Assembly (NCBI GenBank): GCA_024137785.1
Contig: JAHRHZ010000043.1
Span: 4,341,302 to 4,405,301, forward strand
DNA: 64,000 nucleotides
Origin: Ginglymostoma cirratum
Taxonomy: Eukaryota
Direction of reading: 5' to 3'
The notes beneath the pieces were generated by a model, which ran no database searches, was not told the origin of the DNA, and was given only the letters and a program-made list of their open reading frames with translations. Each line of letters opens with the position of its first letter. Within the stretch, counting starts at the first letter, position 1. The position numbers and the translations under genes were made by a program. Shown here in pieces: positions 24,969-37,902 of the stretch.

Positions 24969-27900
24969 GAAGGGTAGTGGTATTCTTTGAAAGTATATTT
25001 CTTGGATTTGAAGGCGGGGTTAGACTCTATAGTTATTCACGACAGCTTGTCAGGATCGAAATTGTGCCTGGATCGTTCTGTAGTTACTTAGACATATCTG
25101 ACACTGAGGCCAGAAACACTCCGAAATGCCCCCACCTCACATTCCCCATCGCCTTCACCCCAGCCCGCTAGAGGGAGGCCAAATATTGAAAGATACAGAC
25201 CTCCGCTCATCTTCACTCCAAGCCTTGACATCGGTTTATAAATGTTAAAAAGGACTGCTACTTTGTTTTACACATCCATTATTTGGCCTCTCTTAGATGG
25301 GTCTATGAAAAACCCAAGTACAACAGGATGAACTGAAAAGAATCAAAAATAACCACACAGTGAAAGGACTGAAATGTTAGCATGGATCGTGTTTACCGAG
25401 TCTGACCTTCAGCAAACCCACGGGGGCAAGGGGTGTTCGGTGTGTGTATATATACAGGGCACAACACTAAATTCTCTGCACCTCCTTCACTCTACAGCTG
25501 AATTTGAAACTTAAACCATCTGATTCACCTAGTCTGCGTCTGTCGGCGGAATGTAACCAAATATTTCATCTAATTGCATTTATTCATATCACCGTCACTG
25601 TTCCTAGATACATAATAATTGTAAATATAGCGACCACGTTCAGACTCATTTCCATCCCTTTCCTCGTACAGTCACGGGACAGATCTTTGTCTTCTCTGTC
25701 TCCATTACCTCCCCCCACCCCGGACCACCCGATATATACATATATAAAAAAACCTCCAGTCATTAATTCATCTTTCTGCGTACATGTGGAATATATGCAG
25801 AATGTATTGAGTGATATTGCCAAAACAGCGACAGTGATATGTCTAACTCTCTCGCGTTTAGAAAGTTTGCGTTATTCTGCACATTTTTTAATTCATTCCA
25901 GTTAATGCATTGTTTCAATATACATCGCACTTAAGTCTACACTATGTTGTACCTATGGTGACAGAGTTTCTATTGTTTAAAAATACAACACTTTTTTCTC
26001 TGGTATATGCTTCGGTACAATCTGTCTTTGCCCTATAAAGCCAGTGATATTGCATTATTTTACTTTTATGTTCCATTCTATGATTATATAACATTACAAC
26101 GATATATCTGTCTCGGTCCTCGTTACTGGCGAAAAGCCCTTTATATGTGCCAACTCCACGAAATGGTATATTTATGTAATACCAGTATTAGCACACACCC
26201 ACATATAAGCTGCAGTAATGTACAAACCATGGGGTGGTGAGAAACAGGAAACAGTCCTAGCCCAGCATAACATCAAATTGACATGCTCATCCAGACACAA
26301 TCCTTTCCCAAAAAAATTTCAAAGTTGTGAACTTTAAACATATCAGAGATTGCGGTTTATTGGGAGAGGCGGTGGGGTTGAGAAACTTGATGTCTTATTT
26401 TTTAACAGCTGCAAGGACAACGTTTCGTGAAACCGTGTTCGGTGGATGAGCCCAGGAGAGTTTAGTTGTTTGATGTACATTAACCCCAGTCAATGGATTA
26501 GGAAGGGTGCATGTTTCGGGGAGTTTTGGTCAATGAAATGAATGGACGTGAAAGGAAACGTATGAATTAACCTAAGGACATAGATACAGCACAGCATTCC
26601 TGGGGTAAGATTAGGAACGACAAACAGAGAGAGAGAGAGAAAGATTTGATAGAGTTAATTTTAGTGACTATGGTCTAATTGAGGACTTTATATCAAGTAT
26701 AGATTTTGCATTTTGTACTAGTAACGCCCTTTTGTATGTTTTAAGGGACATAGCCTTGATTGTACTGATGAAGCATGTGACGTTTGAATGAAGGATTTAT
26801 TTGAAAGCGATATTCTTTTCTAGAGAGCATATATCAGTGTTGAATACAAGCCTGGTTCACAATACAACCCAGCAGACACGATTCACATCGACGCACCTTT
26901 CAGAGGCAGAGCTGGCAGAATAAGCAGAGAGATGTGCTTAGCAATGTCACATCAGCCCCGGGTACTTTGCTACAGACCTAACATTTCAATGTTCTCGGTC
27001 TCTCTCAGCACTGGCAGGTTGCGTGCTGCTGAGCAGACAGGCCGCCTTTCTCCAACCTTTATCGCTACGAACGGGAATGAATATTTCATTGCATCCATTG
27101 CCCAACGTGTCCAGTTCAAATGGAGCTGCTTCCACAGGGCCCGCTCCTTCCTCCCTTTATCCTTTGCCAGGCGATGAATTTGCGGAGAATTGCGATTCAT
27201 CTGAAAACTCCCGGCTTGTCCAGGCCTACAAGCTGCCTTCTCTCGCAGTCCAATCCTCCGGTGTTAGATCTCTCCTTATCCCACCTCCTCTCCCCTTTTC
27301 CCGTTTCCCCCGTTTACCAGACTAAACGCCAATTTCCCTACGATCATTTCTACGTTAGAAACGTGTGTTTAGCCATAAGGACATAAGGAACTAATTCCGC
27401 CAATTCCCGGTATCCAGCTCCGAGCAACAATCCTCCATTCCCATTAACAGGGGGAAAAAAATCCAAGTTAATGACACTGTCACTGAAGTGATGGAGTGGA
27501 ATGAAACCCGGGTGAGAGCGGGTGTAACTATATTTAGGCTCACTTGGGTCGCATTGTAAAACATTTCCAAAAAACCACCGTGCCAGTTCTGTTGTACAAT
27601 GTGTGTGATTTTTTGAAAAGGTCGCCAATAAATTTAACGGAGCTATTATCACTGAGTACAGTATTCAGCAACATAGCGACAACGGCTGGTTCCAGCGTTA
27701 CATTCCAGTATTATATTCCTATTCCATTTGTGTTTCTCCTTTCTCTCTTCCCCCCACCCACACCCCAATCTCCAGATCTCCCTCACTGACTTCGCTCTAC
27801 ACCCACCCCCAAATTTTTCCCAAGTATGTAAATTTGGGGAAATTCCCATCCATCGGCAGTAGATTCAGGGACAGCTATTTATGAGTGAATACACACTGGA

Positions 27901-30900
27901 CTTTTTTCCCCCTCAAAACTAAATTGATACTAATAATCTGAAGCACTGAGTCACAATGAAATCAAAGCAATGAATTTTAACCAGACGGGAGTGGACTCTA
28001 CTGAGGGAATGAGAGCAGAAGTTGACCCTTTGGTTTTGTAAAGATTAACAGAAGAATGTAAATCTTAAACAGAATCACATTTTCTGTTGAGGTTTATTGT
28101 TCTGTCTCCAGAAAATCGCCGATTTGTTAGGGCTTTTTTTTTCCAGAAACGAAACTCCCTGAATTCCTGGAAGTGTACACCAGAATTGTTTGGAGAATTT
28201 CAGTGGGATGTCTGCGTCCAGTCCATGTAAGCCTAACTCTGGACTAGCTACAACGCGCCACAACAACTATACCCACCGACCACTCACATAGACAATTCTA
28301 AAAATCCTGTTTTGGCATCAGCGAAAAATAAAAGCAGGGCAAAAGAGGATTAAGTTACCACCAAAATATCAAGGCAGAGGAGAAACGAACAGAGTGAAAA
28401 CAGAAACGTAAAAACAGGATTTTTTAAAGAAGAGGTCAAGATTACCCAAGGATAAAGATGAAAATAATATTAAATATAGAAAATGTGAATACAAGAAAGG
28501 AACGCGATGGTCCTTGATATTTAAAAGCTCTTTTCCTCCGAAATAACATTTTCTAGATAGCTAACATATAAAATTTTCGAAACTTTAGACTAACCTATTA
28601 TTTTAACTTACGTTTCAAGGAAAGCATCGACAAAAGAATAAAACTTTTTTGGTAAATGGATTGATGGGCAAAGCGAATGATGGAATCATAGCTGGATCTA
28701 TAAATATACGCATGGGCCGATAAAGGGAGTTAGATACTGGGTACACAGAATGGTGGATAGATCAGTAAAGAGGCTGTTCTGTATCACTGGGCAGTGGGTA
28801 GGTTTTTCGTTAGGCAAGAAGTGAAAATGGAAGAGCCAAGGATAGCGCAGCCTCGGTGAAATTATAAACCTGATAGGTGGTCAGCTTCTTTTGCTTTTCT
28901 TCCAAGCCTCAAAACACATCCCAATGGTTGTTCACTTGCAGTAACTTCAACATATTTCCGCATTGGAGTTTAGTTAAAACGAGCTTAGACCCAAATCTCC
29001 TAATCCTTCTTTCGCCGTTTCTAAAGGTGGAATTTCTGCATTTTTGTCAACATTGGATTTCTACCAGGTCAGCAAATAAAACAACTTCAAAGATGTTCTA
29101 GATAGAATTCATCAGAAAGCAAATTCACTTAATTGTTACACTTTACGTTTCACAGAATATCCTGAAAACTCGGCCCTTATCTCACAGATACACACAACTG
29201 GATTGCTTGGATTTTTAAATTCATTTTCAAAGACACAGGAAATTAGTTAGGACACGATTTCTGTACTTTTATCGTGTAGCAGAAGTCGATTTTTTGTAAG
29301 CAACCAGTAAATGTTTGCGCCAGTGTAGATTTTAAGGGTTTTTTTTACCCCCTTGCCTTATAATGGGTTTCCTCACTGGGAGGAGCGACCTACCTATCTA
29401 CACTTCTTTCTATCTGTCTATCATTTTTGAAATAATTTAAAAGCGATTCTGGTTGTATTTAAACTGTTAGATGACTATTGGTTTATATGAGCGGCGGAAA
29501 CATTCATCTATGATAATGTAATGTTTTATACGCTCGTCTCAATCATATGTTGCATTTAAGCTGTTGGATCTCTCTCTCCATCTTTCCATTTATAGCTGTC
29601 TATATATGTCACTTCTATCACAATACAATATATTTTTATATTTCATTTTAACGATGTCCTGACTACAGCAGAAGAGATCCCTCTGTTTGTAGTCTCTAGT
29701 TCGAAAGATACAAGGAAATAATTGTTACATAACTTCCCCTTAGTGAATTTCGGACAGTTAATGGGCCCCTGTTATAAATAAACTGCTTTTTAGGACGGTT
29801 ACAATGTGTTGCACTTTCACCTCCATGCCAGCTTTAGGGTTTATGCAGAATCATTACCTGCTATTGGGATCACTGTAGACCAATGCACACTTCTATCTTG
29901 CACAAATACCCCATTCACAGCTTTAAATTCGACGATGGAGGGCCGCTACTGTTTTTGCTTGCTACTATTTAAGTAATTTCAACTTTCCTAAATGCCAAGC
30001 CTGAACCCACAGACGGAGTTCTGATATTTAGTCCCCTGGAATTTGAGATCCAAGAATAAACGTACCTTAAGTGGGAGTCGGAAGCTTTCTTGCAGGTCCT
30101 CTTTAACCGATAATCAACTCATCTGCAGAAATGTTCATGTTGAAAAGTTGTATCAGCGGGTGTGACCTCTGGCTGCCCTCTGCTACTGATACTGTGCAAT
30201 AGTTTATACGAACCAGATAAACTCTACATTTTCGGATCTAACTTGTGTCAATTACTGTCTTGTCCCTTTTTGTAAAATGCGATGAGGTAAAATATCTCAT
30301 TGGGGTTCTTCACACAGAGGAGGCACCTGAGCTCTGAGGAAAGGGTATACCAGAAAATATATTTGCAAACACATGCGCATAAGTGCAACAGATAGAAGCA
30401 GGTACAAAATGGTTTGGAATGGACAGATTTAGCGAAGAGCCGGATTAGATGGCGTGCATAGATGTAAAATTGCTTTATATGTGGACATACAGCTGCATAT
30501 GTTTGTAAATAAGAAAATAAAGTTTGAGAGGAAAAGTAAAGAGGGATGGAGAGAAAGATTAACCTGCCCTGTTTTCACAGGTGTTGCTGGGACTGTGATT
30601 TCAGAATAGTTAGTAATTTGAGTAGAGGATCTAGTAGGTAGTTCTGGAGCCATTTATCCATGTTTTGTTTTAATTATCCCATCCAATTGCTTTGCAGTGA
30701 CCACACACACAGCAGTGGGCTTTGAGTGGACATTTAATAATGCAGTGTGAAAACTGTCAGAGTCTCTTCCCCACAGACTGGAGTACTTAAACATTTTCTA
30801 ATATCCAACTGTTCGCAGAATTTTCAAAGCTAGTGTGGCTTCCATTATCGTAAATCACACGCGTGGATAAAAAAAAAGTCCGGTCTAAATTTAAAACAGA

Positions 30901-31065
30901 GACAACAGTAAAACAAGATTAAATTTGAAAAAAAAATGCAGGACCGGAAATTTGGATACGTGAATCTATCTGTTCTTACTCTCATTAGCTTTGAATTTCG
31001 TGCAATGTCACTTTTTAAAGAAATACATAAAATCTTCTCTTGCAATCATCTCTCATTATTTTCAA

Positions 31066-31195
31066 GACTTCACCTGACGGAGGGGCAACGCCCAGAAAGC
31101 TTATGATTTTAAATAAACCTGTTGGACTATAACCAGGTGTCGTCTGATTTCTGGCCTTGTCCACCCCAGTCTAACACCAGCATCTCCACATCATA
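31066..31195 (+). mobile_element. Penelope-like terminal repeat with degenerate hammerhead
   Basis: cacctgacggaggggcaacgcccagaaagctt...aaataaacctgttggactataacc...ccaccccagtctaacaccagcatctcca. Confidence 0.8.
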
Positions 31196-33409
31196 TTTTC
31201 GAGTCATTACAGCCATTAAAAAATGATTTTTCGCTGGAGAGGGATGGTGCCATATCATCTTAGTACTCTCTTGACTATCGCTTAATATATATTCAGAAAA
31301 CAGGAGCAGGGCAGAAATCCTGACGTGGGAGAGAGGGACAGAGGTGGAAATTATGTTGGATGAATAATATAAATTTAATTTGTGTTTGGAGAGGAACACT
31401 TGGGGAGAGATACTGAGTGATTCTGTGTGAGAAATGCCACGTATGTGAATGCAAAAGGGTGTTACAGTGTGCACGTGTGGGTGAGTGACGGTTGGTGTCC
31501 ACATGGTTTTATGTGGGTTGTCGTTTTATGGGTCAAGTTCAAATTATCAGTCCTAATTGTGTCTTGCGATCCAGTGCGTTCTGTCTCTCTTTTCCTGTGT
31601 GTCAGAATTTTGAATGTATAGTGATTCTGCAGCGTATTGTGAAGGAGCGACTATGTACTATTGTGACTTTTTTTGCATATTGCACCTGTCTGTACATAAC
31701 TGGGCGTATACAACGGTGTGCTGTTAATGGAACATCATCGTCATAGACAAAATAAAGTGATTTGGGTTAAAAAATAAAACCAACACAATTGCTATAATTT
31801 CCGTAAACCTGGCAAATGTACCTGAGAATTCCAGGCTTCTTTTAGAACTAGCACTCATACCATGCATGGAGCTTACACCCATCCCATACGCGTCCCCACC
31901 TTTAAGGCATTAAAAATCCATATATCCTAAATATATCGCAAAGTTGGTGTTTAATATATCATCAGATATCACTTCTTACAGAAAGACAATCCACACACAC
32001 ACACACCGAATGGCCTGTAAATAAACCAAATCTCATTGCTGCCTAACCTCACAGCAGTAACATTGGGATCGCTCGGCGTATAGACCTCCTCTCGTGCATC
32101 GTATATTGCACAGGACATATAGAAATACCCAGTAACAAAACTGACAGCCAATCCACACGTATCCGATTCAACAGTGATCAAAAATAATCTATTGAAAGTT
32201 AATCTCCTGTCCCTCCTGCAGCCTACAGGAAATAGCCAAATCTTGCTTATGTGCTGCATTGCTTCTTTAAATAAAGTGGTTATAATAAAGAATTTACCAA
32301 AGGTTCAACGCTTTAAAAAGAGATATGCTGTGCATTCGATCACACCCCGTCACTTAGACATCTATCATTCTCCATATTTTACAAGTACATCGCACGCAAT
32401 ATTCTATACGTAAAAATAAGAGATTATTAATAATATAGATGTACATTTCTGCGAATGCTGATCCACACATTATAGGATGTATTGGCGATATGCAATTATC
32501 GCTCTTTGGCCCATTCATTCGAGCGTGGTACTAACGTGTGCACTATTACATGTTCTATTCTGTCGTTCTCTTTCCTATTTTATTTAATTGCACGTAATCA
32601 CGATTTAAAACTCTCACGAGGAACAAATCGTTCTCTTGTTACCAAATGTACATTTTATATTTTAAAACTATAATCAAACTGCATTGTTTGTTCAGCTTCC
32701 CACCACGTACCTAGTGGGCATTTCAATCTTTAGTCTAATCTTGCAAAGTTACAGCTTAATAGCGCTGGGCAACTGACCTGAGATAGCAATTTTTGAAAAT
32801 GATTATCTTTTTCATTGAGGAGAAGAGTACAGGGCCCATTGTGGGGCACACTAACAAGGTTGGAAAGAGTAGGAGAGAGGTAGGTAGGTGAGGAAGTTGT
32901 GATTAATTCTTTAACGCCAGGCCTGAGTTTTGAAAGGATGAAAATTGGGGAGGGAAGATTGGCGTTCGATATTTTGTTGGGGGCCGGGAGAGAGACCCAA
33001 CTTCCCCGTTTATTTATTGCTGCGCTGTTTTAGAAACCGTCCCAAAACTTGGCCCCATCGCTTAATTATCAATTTCTCTCGTTTCATCACCAATCTCTCT
33101 CTAGACAACATGTACCACAAACCACCATCCTAATTAAACTGACATGCTCAATATATAATAATATACAAAGAAAATTGATCTGTATGAATCGATTTCTCTT
33201 GTTAAAGGACCATATCTTGAATACAGGATAACGGAATCATGCATTCAGGAATAAGTAAAAACTATCTCTCCACCAAATCTTAACTAAATAGGTAGATTTA
33301 CATGTATAAGCAACGTGAAAGCTAGAATTACTGATCAATACACACGCTGGGAGAAATCTACCAAAGGCACATCTAGAGAAGACCAATATTTCCAGATAGA
33401 ATAGAGAAC

Positions 33410-33510
33410 CACATAGAGAGATAGAGAGAAAGAGTAAGTAGATAGGGAGCTAGCTGGATAGATAGACTAAATAATAGACACACATAGATAGACAGATAGA
33501 TAGATAGATA
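33410..33510. repeat. degenerate (GATA/GAGA)n tract
   Basis: atagatagacagatagatagatagata. Confidence 0.7.
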
Positions 33511-34694
33511 CGGTGCTACAGCTCGTGTGAAACGAAATATACACAGGGAGAGAGGAGCGAAATGATGGAGAAATGCAGTTATATCTAAAAGGAATACAGA
33601 ACCAATATTGATGGATAGAAAAGGTGATATGTCGGAAAGAAAAAAAGATAAACATGCAGAGGACGAGACAGTAAACCAGAGAACTGATAGAGATAGTAGG
33701 GTGCATGCAGATTGAAAGGAACATACTGCGGCGATGTGAACAGAGTGATAATATTCTCTAGATAACTTTGACACCATCTTATAATGCAATCTCAGCTACG
33801 TCCTGCTATAAGAGTATCCACTGTCCTGATATCAAAGCCACATTCACCCGACAATCGATGTTTATGGACGATTTGAAACGAGATTGGGATCTTGGTATTT
33901 TGAAGGCTTTCGACATCGAAAAGGCATTGCATCATCGAAAAAGGACAACGTGTCTTTTACACTTTCCTTCTATCATTGAGAAACGACCCCAGAATAAAGT
34001 TCTTATTCTGTGAATGGTTACAGCGTCAAAACTGATTTTTAATAAACACAGCTTCTTCCTTTAATATCGGACTGAACTGTCAAAAGTTTAATATCTCTGG
34101 AGCTAGGGTACTTCTGCTCCAGATTTCCTCACCTTCCTGGCGTTTTATTTAGCAGAAAGCAACGAATTTATCTAACTCTGGTGGTTTTAATTTAAAAAAT
34201 ACATCCTGAATTCCGAACTCCTCAGCTTGGGTTACTTTAAATTCAGTTCGAGCTCGTTTCCGGCTTGTGGGTGCTCACGTAAATGACTGTTTGGGGAGGG
34301 GGTGGGGGCAGGGTGCGGCGGTGTCTCTATGACTGAAAATCTCACTCTCAACATCACGACAAGATATGTCTGTGACCGAAAGGAGAAACAGCGACGTGAG
34401 CCGGACAGAAATGCAGCAGAGATGGCTAATAAACTAAAAGCGAACTGCAGGATTTACAAATAGAAAGTGCTGGAGAAACTCAGCAGGCCTGGCAGCATCT
34501 GTGGAGACAGTGACCCTTCTTCAGAACTAGCCTGGAAACAGGACTTCACTTTCAGAGGTGTCTCGCTCACTTCCAGTCTGTCCTCCGCCCCTGCGTTGTC
34601 ACAGAAATTGGAATCTACAACCCATTTCACCCTCTCCTACCCGGAACCACCAGTCCTCAGTTTACAACCTGCAGAAGTGCACCTCTCACACAAG

Positions 34695-34866
34695 CCTGCA
34701 TTTAACTGTGGCTGATCCACCTAACCTACACACCTTTGGACTGTGGGAGGAAGCCCACGCAGACACAGGAAGAATGTGTAAACTCCACACAGACAGTTAT
34801 CCGAGGGTGGAATCGAACCTGGGTCCCTGATGCTTTGAGGCGGCAGTGCTAACCACCGTGTCACCC
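34695..34866 (-). mobile_element. HE1-type SINE 5' part (tRNA head plus V-core)
   Basis: ggaatcgaacctgggtccctg (B box on minus), cagtgctaaccaccgtgtcacc head, cctttggactgtgggagg core. Confidence 0.88.
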
Positions 34867-34884
34867 GACGTCATAGCGAGACTG

Positions 34885-34962
34885 AGATAACGAGGTCTGC
34901 AGGTGCTGGTCTCTGAGTCAACGTGGTGTGGAGAACAGTCTGAAGAAGGGTCCCGACCCGAA
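34885..34962 (+). mobile_element. 78-bp Penelope-derived insertion with 12-bp target-site duplication
   Basis: atagcgagactg at 34873-34884 and 34963-34974; insert ends ctgaagaagggtcccgacccgaa. Confidence 0.75.
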
Positions 34963-36061
34963 ATAGCGAGACTGTGGTTGGAGGTGTGGTGGAACTAGGG
35001 TTGAGGTGAAAGTCATTATCTTATTGAATAATGGAGCACGCTTCAAGGGCCTTGTGACCTACTTCTGATCCAATTCCATTTATTATTCTTCTGGGTTTCA
35101 CACTTCGAAACAAAAATAGAGTAATTATTTCCAACTTATCGCAGCAAAGTAGAAAGAATTTGTGTCGGTCAGAGGTTACTTACTGAAGTATTTCTGAGTA
35201 CATCAATGATAACTCGCGGACGTAATGGCGCACGTGTGTACACATTGTGTTTTTACAGACACGTAAAATGGCAGGACGATCTGCTGAGGGACGCACTGAA
35301 GGTTGGGGCAGTCACCGCAAAGGCTGAGTAGGGGAAGGTCACTGTCTGAGGTCTTTCTGTCATAATACATCTACTGGTGCTTTTAGATTCTATAAGTCTT
35401 CAAGTTGCATGCTTGCGTTGCAATGTGCATAGCTCTTGAATATTTATGTCTATGTCACAACCTTGCATTTGAATAGGCACCTAAGAGTGCAAAGTGCTCA
35501 AGTTTACATAGAAACGTGCACACAGAGCCTTTCAATGTGTAAATCAGTTCATCAAGTCTGTACATCTGCAGCGAAGTAATACAAGCCAAGTGTACTATTG
35601 GGGTAATGTGTATAAAATGCATATGAATTACGAGAATACCGAAGTTTAGATATAAGCATTTATGAACTGATTGTTTTAATAGTATGATTGCAAAATGGCA
35701 AGTAGAGTTCTGGATTAATATACAAGAAGCACCTGGACAAATAAATGAATAGGAAGGGAATAGAGGGATACGAATCCTGAAAGAGAAATTGGTTTTAGTA
35801 TGGAAGGTGGTATGTGTCGGTGCAGGCTTGTTCCTGTGTTGTATTATTCTTTCTTTGTTCTTTGTAATAATCAGAGTCAAGTTTGAATACCACAACAGCA
35901 GGTGGAAAAAATGTAAATCCAGTTAATTAAATAACATGGGGAAACAGGTTTGTATCAGTATTGGTTTGCAAGCCTTTCTGTGGTGCAGTGGTAGTGTCAT
36001 TACCTCTGAGCCAGAAGACCTGGTTCAAGTCCACCTGCTCCAGAGATCTGAAATATCTCAA

Positions 36062-36810
36062 AAATTGCTGGAAATCAGAAACAAAAACTGAAATTGCCAG
36101 AAAAGCTTAGCAGGTCTAGCAGCATCAGTTCTATTTGAAATCACAAGCTTTTGAAGCACTGCCTCTTTGTCAGGTGAAGTGAAGAGAGCACACAGGCACA
36201 GACTTTATAATCAGAGAGATCAAAAGATCATAAACTGGTATGAATATAGTGTCAACAGGCCAAATAACAGGTGATCAAGAGAGTCAGACGGTGTGAGTAA
36301 AGTGTCAACAGCTGAATAACAAGTCAAGGGATGACCTATAATCTGAGTAATTGAGGCAGAGAGATAATTACAAAAAATTAAAAATAAGGTGGTGCTGGAG
36401 ACAAACCTAATGACTGGAATGACATGCTAGGTATAAGAGTTGCATGCTGAGGGTCTAACCAAAGTAAAAAGTAATCCAAAACTGTACAAACTAATTAAGG
36501 TAGAGAGATTATGACAGGTTATCAAGGTGATAGTGACAAAACAGGACAGTAAGGAAGATTTTACAGAACAGTATAGTGGGGTCACATGTGGTGCGATATG
36601 AATCCAAGATCATGGCTGAGGCCATTGGACTATAATCTGGTTTTGTGTGACTTTTGACCTTGCACGCCCCAGTCCATAACTGGCACCTCCAGAACATAAT
36701 ATCAGTTCTGAAGAAGGGTCACTGGACCTGAAATGTTAACTCTGATTTCCCTCCACAGGTACTGCCAGACCTGCTGGGTTGTATTCAGCAATTTCTATTT
36801 TTGTTTCTGT
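36062..36810. mobile_element. palindromic Penelope-derived element with a nested Penelope 3' fragment
   Basis: Arms at about 36062-36128 and 36700-36810. The inner minus-strand fragment (about 36133-36695) encodes GLSHDLGFISHHM* (Penelope C-terminal GLNRDLGFMSHY-like motif) at 36580-36623. Confidence 0.8.
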
Positions 36811-37109
36811 ATGTAATAACCCAACAGGTTGATTTGAAAATATCTGTGTCAGTACTGGTGATTATGAAATGACCAAATTATTATAAAACTATGTTGGTTC
36901 AGCAATGCGCTTCAAGTAAGGAAATCAGTATATCTGTGCCCCCACCCCACCACCCACCCCATTCCATCCACCACCACCCCCCCCACACTCACACACACAT
37001 AATGCCTCACCTACATGTGACTTTGTACCCACCATAATGGTGTTGATTCTTAATTGTCCTCTCAATTTACACAGTTGTGCTCCAGAAGTTAACCTTCTTA
37101 TAGGCTATA

Positions 37110-37810
37110 AATCAAAAAGTACCAAGACTTGGCTTGGCTGGAAGTGAGACTCTCTGCACCAACCTACACTGCCCTCAAGATGGCTGTGTTGGTGAAGAAA
37201 CTGTGACACATCTCATTTTGGAATGCGTCTCTGCAACGAAGTTCTAGAAAGAGGTGCAGTGGTTTCGTTCCCATTGATGCATGTCCTGAACAGCCTCATG
37301 ATAAGGGCTCCATGTTTGATGGCTGTTTCCAGGGACACACACGGAGACAATGATCAACTGCACCTGGAGGATCATCAAATCAGTCAATGATGCTTTTTGG
37401 TCTGTCAAAACCTGTTGGTTTCCAATGCAAAGAATTGTCCTTGACTGAGTGTTGTAAACTGGCACATTCCATAGTCCAGGACTATCTGCCGAGGGACTCA
37501 CTTAAGCTTGGGACAGCCACTGCTAAGAGATAATAGGGGAAAGTCACTGCTTAAGGCCTTTCTGCCATAATACGCCTACTGGGGCTGTTAGATCATAAAA
37601 TTCCTCAGGCTGCATTCTTGTACTGTGATGTGTTCATAGCTTTGGTCATATTTCTGTCCATGTTATAACTTTGTGCTTGAATTACACCTAGGACTGCAAA
37701 GTGCTTAAGTAAGAAATGTCATTTTTTTCCTGTGATGTTTGAATTTGAATTGTTTTGTATTGTACTTATTGTATATTTAATAAATAAAGTATATTTATAC
37801 AAAAATAAAA
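37110..37810 (+). mobile_element. Tx1/L1-clade LINE 3' end
   Basis: Translates KYQDLAWL...HCPQDGCVGEETVTHLILEC (zf-RVT-type CCHC)...GLFPGTHTETMINCTWRIIKSV; AATAAA and A-rich tail at about 37780-37810. Confidence 0.85.
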
Positions 37811-37902
37811 TTAGGAATGGGCAATAAATGTTGATACTCTCACAACTCATGACTGAAAACATCTATGTCAATTGCATATATTCAATATCAAAGATTTTAT
37901 AT

